Assembly (NCBI GenBank): GCA_040757475.1
Contig: JBFLWW010000002.1
Span: forward strand, 23,818 to 87,817
Length of the DNA: 64,000 bases
Direction: 5' to 3'
Source: Nitrospirota bacterium
Lineage (GTDB): Bacteria > Nitrospirota > Thermodesulfovibrionia > Thermodesulfovibrionales > SM23-35
Each line of letters opens with the position of its first letter. The stretch's first letter is position 1. The position numbers were made by a program, and so were the translations under genes. Shown one piece after another: positions 26,715 to 34,894 of this stretch. Under the pieces are notes generated by a model. That model was not told where the DNA came from, searched no databases, and saw only the letters and a program-made list of their open reading frames with translations.

Positions 26715-27512
26715 TTGGACATAGTGATGGTTATAGAATTAGAAGGGCTAAAGGTCTTCTATGATTTTGCTGGTGAAGGATATACCGTTATCTTGATGCA
26801 TGGGTGGGGAGGAGAAGCAGCAAGTTTCAAGCCAGTTTTTGACTATCTGTCAAAAAGCTATAAGGTATACGCTTTCGATTTTCCAGGATTCGGTAAGAGT
26901 GAACTTCCTATAGAGCCATGGGGAACTGAAAACTATGGGAAATTTGTTACAAAATTCTTTAATGCAATGAATATAAAAAAGGCAAATATAATAGCCCATT
27001 CTTTTGGAGGAAGGGTAGCTATATGGCTGGCTGCGAATTTTCCAGAGACGGTGAATAAACTGGTACTTGTTGACAGTGCTGGTATTAAGCCAAAGAGGAC
27101 ATTAAAGTACCATATTAAAGTGGCAGTTGCAAAGGCTAGCAAGAGAATTTTATCCCGCTCTATCTTTGGCAAATATGGTGAACGCTTACTTAATGGTTTA
27201 TATCGTTTAATTGGCTCTAAAGATTATCAACAGCAAATTGGTATTATGAGGGCTACTCTTGTTAAGGTTGTCAATGAAGACCTAAGATGGCTCTTGTCAA
27301 AGATTATAGCACCTACATTACTTATATGGGGAGAAGATGATAAAGATGTGCCCTTATCTTATGCAAGGATAATGGAAAAAGAGATAAGGGATGCTGGTCT
27401 GGTTGTTCTTAAAGGTGCAGGCCATTTTTCATACCTGGATAGATTTTCAGATTTCTGTTTAATTGTTTCAAAATTTTTTGGTGATATAAAAGGTGTTAAG
27501 AATTATGGCTGA
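26715..27512 (+). CDS. Alpha/beta-fold hydrolase inserted in the dcw cluster
   Basis: Contains HGWGG, the nucleophile elbow AHSFGG, an acid residue in GEDDKDVP and a His in GAGHFS. The start is uncertain (TTG 26715 or ATG 26727). Confidence 0.75.
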   Translation: MDIVMVIELEGLKVFYDFAGEGYTVILMHGWGGEAASFKPVFDYLSKSYKVYAFDFPGFGKSELPIEPWGTENYGKFVTKFFNAMNIKKANIIAHSFGGRVAIWLAANFPETVNKLVLVDSAGIKPKRTLKYHIKVAVAKASKRILSRSIFGKYGERLLNGLYRLIGSKDYQQQIGIMRATLVKVVNEDLRWLLSKIIAPTLLIWGEDDKDVPLSYARIMEKEIRDAGLVVLKGAGHFSYLDRFSDFCLIVSKFFGDIKGVKNYG

Positions 27513-28992
27513 TATTCTATTACCTATAATCGGTGTCATTACTATTGGAGCACTGCTGTTAATTACCATTTTAAGGCTTATTATGTTTCTACACATGCTT
27601 CAACTTGAAGGATATAGGAGTAAAAGATTTATAAAGTGGCTTATCAATAATCCTAATAAAATGTTGGCAGTTAGGACTATTAAAGAACCTAAAAAAAAGT
27701 TAGTTTTCACTGCAAGGGCTACAAGGCTTTTTATCTTGATGCTGATGTTGTTAAGCTCTGTGATATACAATCTCTCAAGGCTTTCTCTAATTATCTTTAT
27801 ATCAGGGATATTCTTAACTAGTTTCTTTGCTCCGTTTTTACTTATATTGTCTAATATCCTGATTTATCCCTTGGAGACAGTAATCAACAATCTATATCTT
27901 AGATCAGCAAAGAAAAAGATCAAAAAGCTGAAGCCTAAGGTAATTGCAATTACGGGGAGTTATGGGAAAACAAGCACAAAAGACTTTCTGGCACATATTC
28001 TCTCAACAAAATATAAGGTTTTGAAAGTCCCGGGGAGTTTCAACACCCCGATGGGTATTTGCAAGATAATAAGGGGTGAGTTAAGACCAGAGCATGAGAT
28101 ATTTATTGTTGAAATGGGAGCGAGAGAGAAGGGTGATATAAAAGAGTTGTGCGAACTACTTAAACCAGAGGTCGGTACAATTACGGCCATAGGTCCACAG
28201 CATCTCGAAATGTTTAAAACCATCGAGAACATAATAGATACAAAGTATGAACTAGTAGAATCATTGCCTGCTAATGGGATAGCAGTATTTAATAATGACG
28301 ATGAAAATTGCAGGCACCTCGCTAATAGGACATATGATAAAAAGGTTCTACGTTATGGAATTAATAAAAATAACAAGAAACTACATCTTATGGCAATGGA
28401 TATTTCTACGAGTAATCAGGGAATTTATTTCTTAGCACAGAATAGTAGGGGAGACGCCGTGCCTTTTCATTGCAAACTTCTGGGTAAGCATAGTGTTTAT
28501 AATATATTAGCAGCAGCTACAGTTGCTTTAGAATTTGGAATGTCCCTCAATGAAATTGCAGAAGCTATAAAGATATTAGAACCTACACCTCATAGGTTAC
28601 AGTTGATTCGCGGGGCAGGAGGGGTAACTGTAATAGATGATGCCTTTAATGCAAATCCAGTAGGTGCAAAGATGGCATTGGAAGTGCTGGGTGAGTTTAA
28701 AGGTGGAAGAAAGGTCTTAGTGACCCCAGGGCTTGTAGAGCTTGGTGAGAGGGAGTATGAGGAGAATAAACAGATAGGAATTACAGCAGCTAAGATATGT
28801 GATTTTGTATTTTTGATTGGGCCTAAGAGGACAAAGCCTATTTTTGAGGGCTTGAAAGAAGCTGGGTTCCCCGAGACAAATATATTTGTCGAAAAAAGTC
28901 TAAATGCTGTAACTGGGAAATTTAAGAGTATATTAAAGGCTGGCGATGTCGTCTTGTTTGAGAACGACCTGCCGGATACATACAATGAGTAA
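27493..28992 (+). CDS. murF: MurF-like Mur ligase with an N-terminal multi-TM extension replacing the usual N-domain
   Basis: About 140 N-terminal residues form hydrophobic helices plus an LQLEGY motif. These are followed by ITGSYGKTSTKD (P-loop), EMGAR and DDAFNANP. Confidence 0.7.
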   Translation: MLRIMADILLPIIGVITIGALLLITILRLIMFLHMLQLEGYRSKRFIKWLINNPNKMLAVRTIKEPKKKLVFTARATRLFILMLMLLSSVIYNLSRLSLIIFISGIFLTSFFAPFLLILSNILIYPLETVINNLYLRSAKKKIKKLKPKVIAITGSYGKTSTKDFLAHILSTKYKVLKVPGSFNTPMGICKIIRGELRPEHEIFIVEMGAREKGDIKELCELLKPEVGTITAIGPQHLEMFKTIENIIDTKYELVESLPANGIAVFNNDDENCRHLANRTYDKKVLRYGINKNNKKLHLMAMDISTSNQGIYFLAQNSRGDAVPFHCKLLGKHSVYNILAAATVALEFGMSLNEIAEAIKILEPTPHRLQLIRGAGGVTVIDDAFNANPVGAKMALEVLGEFKGGRKVLVTPGLVELGEREYEENKQIGITAAKICDFVFLIGPKRTKPIFEGLKEAGFPETNIFVEKSLNAVTGKFKSILKAGDVVLFENDLPDTYNE

Positions 28993-30181
28993 ATTAAAAA
29001 TAGGCGTTATATTTGGTTCCCGTTCCGTTGAACATGAGGTTTCAATCATTACTGCTCATCAGGTTATGCAGGCTATTGATAAGGATAAGTATGAAATTGT
29101 GCCAATTTACATTACAAAAGGGGGATATTGGGTTACTGGCAAAAAACTATTTAATCTTGAAAACTTTAAAGATTTGCCATCATTAATTTCTGATTTAAAG
29201 AAAGTTTATATTGCACCTGACCCCTCTGTTAAATCATTGGTCATGACATCTAAAAGGTGGTTTAAAGGGGCGTCGTTAAAAATAGATGTAGCCTTTCCCC
29301 TCGTTCATGGGACATGTGGTGAAGATGGCACATTACAGGGGCTTCTGGAGTTAGCCAACATACCTTATGTTGGTGCAGGTGTCCTTGGCTCGGCTCTTGG
29401 AATGGATAAAATTGCTATGAAAGCAGTTTTTAAAGAAAACCATTTGCCTGTAGCGAACTATGTCTGGTTTTTAAGGAATGAATGGGAAGATAAGCAAGAA
29501 AAAATAATTGCTAAAATAGAGACAAATCTTAAATACCCTCTTTTTGTAAAACCTGCAAATCTGGGTTCAAGCATAGGCATTTCAAAGGCTAAAAACAGAG
29601 AAGATTTGATGTACTCCGTGGAAGTTGCCAGCCATTATGACAGACGTTTGATAGTAGAGGAGTCGTTAGAGGATGCTATAGAAATAAATTGTTCTGTACT
29701 TGGCAACGAAGACCTAATTCCATCGGTGTGCGAACAACCTGTTTCATGGGAAGAATTCTTAAATTATGATGAAAAATATTTGAGGGGCGGTAAGACCTCA
29801 GGTTTGAAAGGTGCGGATCGCCGAATACCTGCTCCAATTTCTCAAGAGCTTACAGAAAAGATTCAGAAATTAGCTATTGATACATTCAGGGCTGTTGATT
29901 GTCGTGGTATTGCCAGAGTAGATTTTCTTGTTAATACAGAGAAGAGCAAGATATTTATAAACGAAATAAACACCATACCCGGTTCTATCTCTTTTTATTT
30001 ATGGGAGGCTACTGGCATCAAATTCTCAGAACTGGTTGATAGGCTTGTTGATTTAGCTATAGATGCATATAAAGAAAAAAGTAAGACAACTTATTCCTAT
30101 GATTCAAAATTACTGAAACACATTAGTAGCCCTTCCCCAAAGTTAGGTATTAGGGGTATGAAAAAGGTTCTGGAGGCGTAA
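28985..30181 (+). CDS. ddl: D-alanine--D-alanine ligase (long form, 398 aa)
   Basis: Starts MSKLKIGVIFGSRSVEHEVS. Contains HGTCGEDGTLQGLLE, an ATP-grasp fold and NEINTIPG. The ATG overlaps the murF stop. Confidence 0.85.
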   Translation: MSKLKIGVIFGSRSVEHEVSIITAHQVMQAIDKDKYEIVPIYITKGGYWVTGKKLFNLENFKDLPSLISDLKKVYIAPDPSVKSLVMTSKRWFKGASLKIDVAFPLVHGTCGEDGTLQGLLELANIPYVGAGVLGSALGMDKIAMKAVFKENHLPVANYVWFLRNEWEDKQEKIIAKIETNLKYPLFVKPANLGSSIGISKAKNREDLMYSVEVASHYDRRLIVEESLEDAIEINCSVLGNEDLIPSVCEQPVSWEEFLNYDEKYLRGGKTSGLKGADRRIPAPISQELTEKIQKLAIDTFRAVDCRGIARVDFLVNTEKSKIFINEINTIPGSISFYLWEATGIKFSELVDRLVDLAIDAYKEKSKTTYSYDSKLLKHISSPSPKLGIRGMKKVLEA

Positions 30182-30182
30182 C

Positions 30183-31265
30183 ATGCTATATAGCCTTCTT
30201 TACAGCATGCATGACTTGTTTTCACCCCTGAATGTGTTCAGGTATATCACATTCAGAACGTCGCTCGCTGTGTTTACAGCGCTGATGCTTGCATTGATAT
30301 TAGGTCCATCAATTATAGGCAGGCTCAAACAGTTAAATGTAACACAGCAGATAAGAGACGATGGTCCACAGATACATATGGGCAAAGCAGGCACTCCTAC
30401 AATGGGGGGGATCCTGATTATAATCTCTATCCTTCTATCTATCTTGCTATGGGGTGACCTGAGGAATATGTATATATGGGTTATGATTATTTCCCTCGCA
30501 GGGTTTGGTGGTATTGGTCTACTTGATGACTATTTGAAGATTGTAAAGAAAAACTCGAAAGGTCTGCGTGCATGTTATAAGTTTGGTGCACAGATAGCAC
30601 TTGCACTTTTAATTGGTATCTTTCTTTACATGAACCCTAAGGACCCTTACAGCGATGTTCTCAGCGTACCATTCTTCAAAAAATGGCTTTTTGATCTTGG
30701 GTGGTTTTATATACCGTTCTCGATTATTGTGATTGTGGGCTCATCAAATGCAGTTAATCTGACAGATGGTATTGATGGCCTTGCCATAGGGCTTGTGGGT
30801 ATAGCGGTCATGGCAAATGGGGTACTGGTTTATATATCAGGGCATAAGGGGCTTGCCCAGTACCTGCAGGTTCTCTATCTGCCAGGCACTGGAGAGCTTA
30901 CAGTTTTCTGTGGCGCTATGTTAGGTGCTTCTTTAGGTTTTCTCTGGTATAACTCATATCCTGCAGAGGTATTCATGGGAGATGTTGGTTCACTTGGACT
31001 TGGTGGTTCGCTCGGTGCGCTTGCAGTAATTACAAAGCACGAGATTGTTCTTGCAGTTGTAGGTGGGATATTTGTAATAGAGACCCTTTCTGTTGTCTTT
31101 CAGGTGGCATCATTCAGGCTGACCGGCAAGAGGATATTCAAAATGGCACCTATCCACCACCACTTTGAGTTAAAGGGATGGCCAGAATCAAAAGTTATTG
31201 TAAGGTTCTGGATAGTTGGAATTATACTGGCTCTGTTGAGCTTAGCAACATTAAAGGTGAGGTGA
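30183..31265 (+). CDS. mraY: Phospho-N-acetylmuramoyl-pentapeptide transferase MraY
   Basis: Contains GTPTMGG, NAVNLTDGIDGLA and HHHFE. Confidence 0.9.
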   Translation: MLYSLLYSMHDLFSPLNVFRYITFRTSLAVFTALMLALILGPSIIGRLKQLNVTQQIRDDGPQIHMGKAGTPTMGGILIIISILLSILLWGDLRNMYIWVMIISLAGFGGIGLLDDYLKIVKKNSKGLRACYKFGAQIALALLIGIFLYMNPKDPYSDVLSVPFFKKWLFDLGWFYIPFSIIVIVGSSNAVNLTDGIDGLAIGLVGIAVMANGVLVYISGHKGLAQYLQVLYLPGTGELTVFCGAMLGASLGFLWYNSYPAEVFMGDVGSLGLGGSLGALAVITKHEIVLAVVGGIFVIETLSVVFQVASFRLTGKRIFKMAPIHHHFELKGWPESKVIVRFWIVGIILALLSLATLKVR

Positions 31266-31267
31266 TT

Positions 31268-32281
31268 ATGAGAAAGTCATTAGTCATTAGTCATCAGTCA
31301 TCAGTCATAATAAGGAAAAGATTATTATTTATTGTAGTCTTTTTACTTCTCACTTCTCACTTTTCACTTTCAACTTTGTTTGCTGATGAGATCCATTCCC
31401 GTGCCGCCCTTGTTATGGATGCGTCAACAGGAAAGGTGCTTTATGCAAAAAATCTAAACCTTAAGCTTCCTCCTGCGAGTACAGCAAAGCTGATGACTGC
31501 TATTGTGGCAATTGAAAAGGCAGACCTCAATGATGTTATTACGATAAGCAAAAGAGCAGTCAGTGTTGCTCCAACAAAGGCTGGATTTAAGGCAGGAGAA
31601 AAGGTGACAATTGAGACGCTTCTTTATGCAGCGCTTCTCAGGTCTGCAAATGATGCTGCTACAGCCCTTGCAGAAGCTGTAGCTGGTTCAGAAGCTAAGT
31701 TTGTCCAGCTTATGAATAGAAAGGCGATTGCTATTGGAGCAAAGGATACAAAATTCATAAACCCACATGGACTTCCTGGCCCTGACCAGTATATTACAGC
31801 CCATGACCTTTCAAAGATAATGAGACATGCGCTCAAATATCCCAGACTAAAAGAGATCATCGGGACTCGTGTTGCAGAGGTCTCAATAAAAAGGGGGAAG
31901 TCCATATCTCTTGAAAACACAAACAGACTTTTGTGGGTTGACGAATACCTTGTGGGTGGTAAGACAGGATATACCCGTAAAGCAAGGCATTGTTTTGCAT
32001 GTGCCTGTAAACGCAAAAAGAATACAGTTGTAGTTGCCCTCCTCGGCAGTCCAAGCAGGGAAAACCTATGGAAAGAAGCAGAATTACTGATTGATAAGGG
32101 ATTCCAGATAATGGCAAATAAAGAAGAACCTGTCATCTATTTTACAAAGGCAGATTATGATGCACTTAATGTGAAGAAGGCATCCTATAAGAAAAGTTCA
32201 AAGTTCAAAAGTTCAAAGTTAAAGGCTTCATCACTTAAGTATAGGGTTGCAAAGAAAGGTGAGGATGGGAATAAAGGATAA
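31268..32281 (+). CDS. dacA: D-alanyl-D-alanine carboxypeptidase (S11, PBP5/6-like) with repeat-encoded signal peptide and tail
   Basis: Contains SxxK (ASTAK), SxN (SAND) and KTG (GKTGYT). ATG 31268 follows AAGGTGAGGTGA. Confidence 0.8.
   Translation: MRKSLVISHQSSVIIRKRLLFIVVFLLLTSHFSLSTLFADEIHSRAALVMDASTGKVLYAKNLNLKLPPASTAKLMTAIVAIEKADLNDVITISKRAVSVAPTKAGFKAGEKVTIETLLYAALLRSANDAATALAEAVAGSEAKFVQLMNRKAIAIGAKDTKFINPHGLPGPDQYITAHDLSKIMRHALKYPRLKEIIGTRVAEVSIKRGKSISLENTNRLLWVDEYLVGGKTGYTRKARHCFACACKRKKNTVVVALLGSPSRENLWKEAELLIDKGFQIMANKEEPVIYFTKADYDALNVKKASYKKSSKFKSSKLKASSLKYRVAKKGEDGNKG
31274..31308 (+). repeat. Heptamer array (3x AGTCATT, 2x AGTCATC register) at the dacA N-terminus
   Basis: aagtcat tagtcat tagtcat cagtcat cagtcat, which translates KSLVISHQSSVI. 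Confidence 0.9.
31340..31374 (+). repeat. Heptamer array (TTCTCAC/TTTTCAC) forming the dacA signal-peptide h-region
   Basis: tttttac ttctcac ttctcac ttttcac tttcaac, which translates FLLLTSHFSLST. Confidence 0.9.
32193..32221 (+). repeat. AAAGTTC array in the dacA C-terminal tail
   Basis: aaagttc aaagttc aaaagttc aaagtta, which translates SSKFKSSKLK. Confidence 0.85.
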
Positions 32282-33674
32282 AAAAGTAACCGTAGTAGGC
32301 CTTGCCAGGAGCGGCGTAGGCGCAGCAAACCTTTTATCAGAACTCGGAGCTGATGTAACAGTAACAGACAAAAAAACAGAATATGAATTAAAGGATTTTG
32401 TAAAAAAGCTTAATCCTTCTATAAAACGTGCATTAGGAGGACACCCGGAAGATATATTCACATCAGCTGATATGATAGTCGTCAGCCCTGGTGTTCAGCT
32501 TGACACTCCACCCATTACTAATGCAAAAGCAAAAGACATCCTAATAATTGGCGAGCTTGAACTTGCATATCAGATAATAAGTTCAAAGTTCAAAATTCAA
32601 AGTTCAAAGTTTCCAAAATTTTTAGCAGTAACAGGTACAAATGGGAAGTCTACTACTACAACATTACTCGATCTTATGCTAAAGAAATGTGGGTTCGAGA
32701 CCCTTTTAGGAGGGAATATAGGGAATGCCCTGACCTCGTCACTTCTCACTTCTCACTTCTCACCTGATTACATTGTTGCTGAGGTATCGAGCTTTCAGCT
32801 TGAGTCAATAAAGGATTTCAGGCCAAAGGGTGCTGCTATCCTTAACATTACTCCTGATCACCTTGACCGATACTACTCACTCGAAGAATACAGAGATGCA
32901 AAGGCAAAGATATTTGAAAACCAGCAGGAGGACGATTTTCTGGTAATTAATGCAGATGACCCTGAAACAATGAAAGTTCAAAGTTCAAAGTTCAAAGTTC
33001 AAAGTGAAAAACCAAAAGTCTTTTACTTTAGCCGTAAGAAAGAGGTCAAGGGTATTTATTTCAAAGATGGACGAATCTATTGTAATTTCCCTGACTCCTC
33101 ACTCCTCACTCCTCACTTCCCACTTATAAAGGCTGATGAGATAAAGATAAAGGGTGTCCATAACCTGGAGAATGCCATGGCTGCTTCGGCCATGGCTCTC
33201 CTTGCAGACTGCCCCCTAAAGGCAGTGATAGATTCCTTGAGAGAATTTCCTGGTCTTGAGCACAGGCTTGAATTTGTCAGGGAGATAAATGGCATCCGAT
33301 ACATCAATGATTCAAAAGGGACTAATGTAGGTGCAGTCATCAAGTCACTTGAAAGCTTTACGAAGCCGATTGTTTTAATCGCGGGTGGAAGAGATAAGGC
33401 AGGAGATTTTTCGTTATTGGGACATTTAGTGAGAGAAAGGGTGAAGGCAATTATATTAATTGGTGAGGCAAGTGAAAAGATAAAAAAAGCCCTCGGTGAC
33501 CTTACAGAGACAGTGATGGCAAAAGACTTAAGAGATGCTGTAATAATATCACATAACAAGGCAGTGAATGGCGATGTAGTCCTGCTTTCGCCGGCATGTG
33601 CAAGTTTTGACATGTTTATGGACTTCGAGGACAGAGGAAGACAGTTTAAAGATATTGTATGGAGTTTGAAATGA
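32265..33674 (+). CDS. murD: UDP-MurNAc-L-Ala--D-Glu ligase MurD with four in-frame repeat arrays
   Basis: Contains VVGLARSG, VTGTNGKSTT, EVSSFQLE and DSKGTN. The start is probably ATG 32265, overlapping the dacA end. Confidence 0.9.
   Translation: MGIKDKKVTVVGLARSGVGAANLLSELGADVTVTDKKTEYELKDFVKKLNPSIKRALGGHPEDIFTSADMIVVSPGVQLDTPPITNAKAKDILIIGELELAYQIISSKFKIQSSKFPKFLAVTGTNGKSTTTTLLDLMLKKCGFETLLGGNIGNALTSSLLTSHFSPDYIVAEVSSFQLESIKDFRPKGAAILNITPDHLDRYYSLEEYRDAKAKIFENQQEDDFLVINADDPETMKVQSSKFKVQSEKPKVFYFSRKKEVKGIYFKDGRIYCNFPDSSLLTPHFPLIKADEIKIKGVHNLENAMAASAMALLADCPLKAVIDSLREFPGLEHRLEFVREINGIRYINDSKGTNVGAVIKSLESFTKPIVLIAGGRDKAGDFSLLGHLVRERVKAIILIGEASEKIKKALGDLTETVMAKDLRDAVIISHNKAVNGDVVLLSPACASFDMFMDFEDRGRQFKDIVWSLK
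32581..32611 (+). repeat. GTTCAAA array in murD (before the P-loop)
   Basis: gttcaaa gttcaaa attcaaa gttcaaa, which translates SSKFKIQSSKF. Confidence 0.9.
32739..32766 (+). repeat. TCACTTC array in murD (after GNIGNAL)
   Basis: 3x tcacttc plus tcacctg, which translates SLLTSHFSP. Confidence 0.9.
32973..33007 (+). repeat. AAAGTTC array in murD
   Basis: 4x aaagttc plus aaagtga, which translates KVQSSKFKVQSE. Confidence 0.9.
33093..33125 (+). repeat. CACTCCT array in murD
   Basis: gactcct cactcct cactcct cacttcc cactt, which translates DSSLLTPHFPL. Confidence 0.9.
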
Positions 33675-34864
33675 AATATGATAAGTGGATGCTTTTTGTC
33701 ACAATTCTCCTTATAGGTTTTGGTGCACTTATGATATACAGCTCCACATCTGTTATCACACCTGTGCTTGCAAAGAAAAATGTCACAGAATTTTATTATT
33801 TCAAAAGGCATATGTTTACGATGCTTATCGGTTTTGGGATTATGTTTTTTGCCTACAGGCTAAAACTTTCTACAATTAAGAAGATGGCCGTGCCCCTCCT
33901 GATTTTTTCTTTTGTATTACTAATATTAGTTTTTGTGCCTGGCATAGGTGTCTCTGCCAATAATGCAAGGAGGTGGATAAGACTCTGGCCCTCTACATTC
34001 CAGCCATCAGAGCTTGTTAAGCTCTCCATGGTCATATTTCTTGCAAAGTATATGTCAATGTTAGAGTATAGAACAGACAGCCTTGTCTCTTTTATAAAAC
34101 CTGTTCTTGTAATGGCGGTATTTCAGGTGGTTTTTCTCAAACAGCCTGATTTTGGGTCTGTGATAAGCCTTATGCTTCTGACATTTATAATGTTATTTCT
34201 TTCAGGCATAAGGCTCAGATATCTTGCATATCTGTCAGTGCTTGCCCTGCCTATAATATACAAACTTATCATGGAGCCTTACCGCCTCAAAAGGGTTATG
34301 GCATTTCTCGATCCGTGGAAAGACCCTCAGGGAAGCGGATTCCAGCTTGTACAATCTTTTATAGCCCTCGGCAGCGGAGGGCTAACAGGCGTTGGACTTG
34401 GAAAGTCCAGACAGAAATTAGCCTTCCTACCCGAATCCCATACGGATTTCATATTCTCTCTAATCGGGGAGGAACTCGGCTTTATAGGTGTGCTGGTCGT
34501 TATAACGCTTTTCTTGTTCTTGTTTATCAAGGGGATATCCATTGCAAACAGGTCAAGGGACAAGTTTGTCTATTATCTTGCATTCGGACTTTCACTGATG
34601 ATCTCTTTGCAGGCGCTAATTAATTTTGCAGTTGCAACAGGCATGGTACCAACAAAAGGTTTGCCACTGCCGTTTATTAGCTATGGGGGTTCATCTCTCT
34701 TTGTGAATATGGCTGCTATAGGGATACTGCTTAATATATCGAAGGGAGAGGAGAACAGAAAGATTGCAGATATAGACCCAAAAATGATTGTGAGGAGGAA
34801 GGCCCGATTAAAAATTCAAAATGCAAAATTCAAAAATCAAAATTACGGAATTCCTTTATTTTGA
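33659..34864 (+). CDS. ftsW: Peptidoglycan glycosyltransferase FtsW (SEDS) with repeat-encoded C-terminal tail
   Basis: SEDS motifs are present (RWIRLWPSTFQPSE, LPESHTDFIF, PLPFISYGGSS). Confidence 0.9.
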   Translation: MEFEMKYDKWMLFVTILLIGFGALMIYSSTSVITPVLAKKNVTEFYYFKRHMFTMLIGFGIMFFAYRLKLSTIKKMAVPLLIFSFVLLILVFVPGIGVSANNARRWIRLWPSTFQPSELVKLSMVIFLAKYMSMLEYRTDSLVSFIKPVLVMAVFQVVFLKQPDFGSVISLMLLTFIMLFLSGIRLRYLAYLSVLALPIIYKLIMEPYRLKRVMAFLDPWKDPQGSGFQLVQSFIALGSGGLTGVGLGKSRQKLAFLPESHTDFIFSLIGEELGFIGVLVVITLFLFLFIKGISIANRSRDKFVYYLAFGLSLMISLQALINFAVATGMVPTKGLPLPFISYGGSSLFVNMAAIGILLNISKGEENRKIADIDPKMIVRRKARLKIQNAKFKNQNYGIPLF

Positions 34865-34888
34865 ATTTTTAATTTTAAATTTTAAATT
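34808..34888 (+). repeat. AT-rich inverted heptamer element (core TTACGGAATTCC) at the ftsW 3' end
   Basis: About 12 units in register. The ftsW stop (34862-64) lies inside the element. The left arm translates RLKIQNAKFKNQNYGIPLF*. Confidence 0.9.
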
Positions 34889-34894
34889 GAAAGT

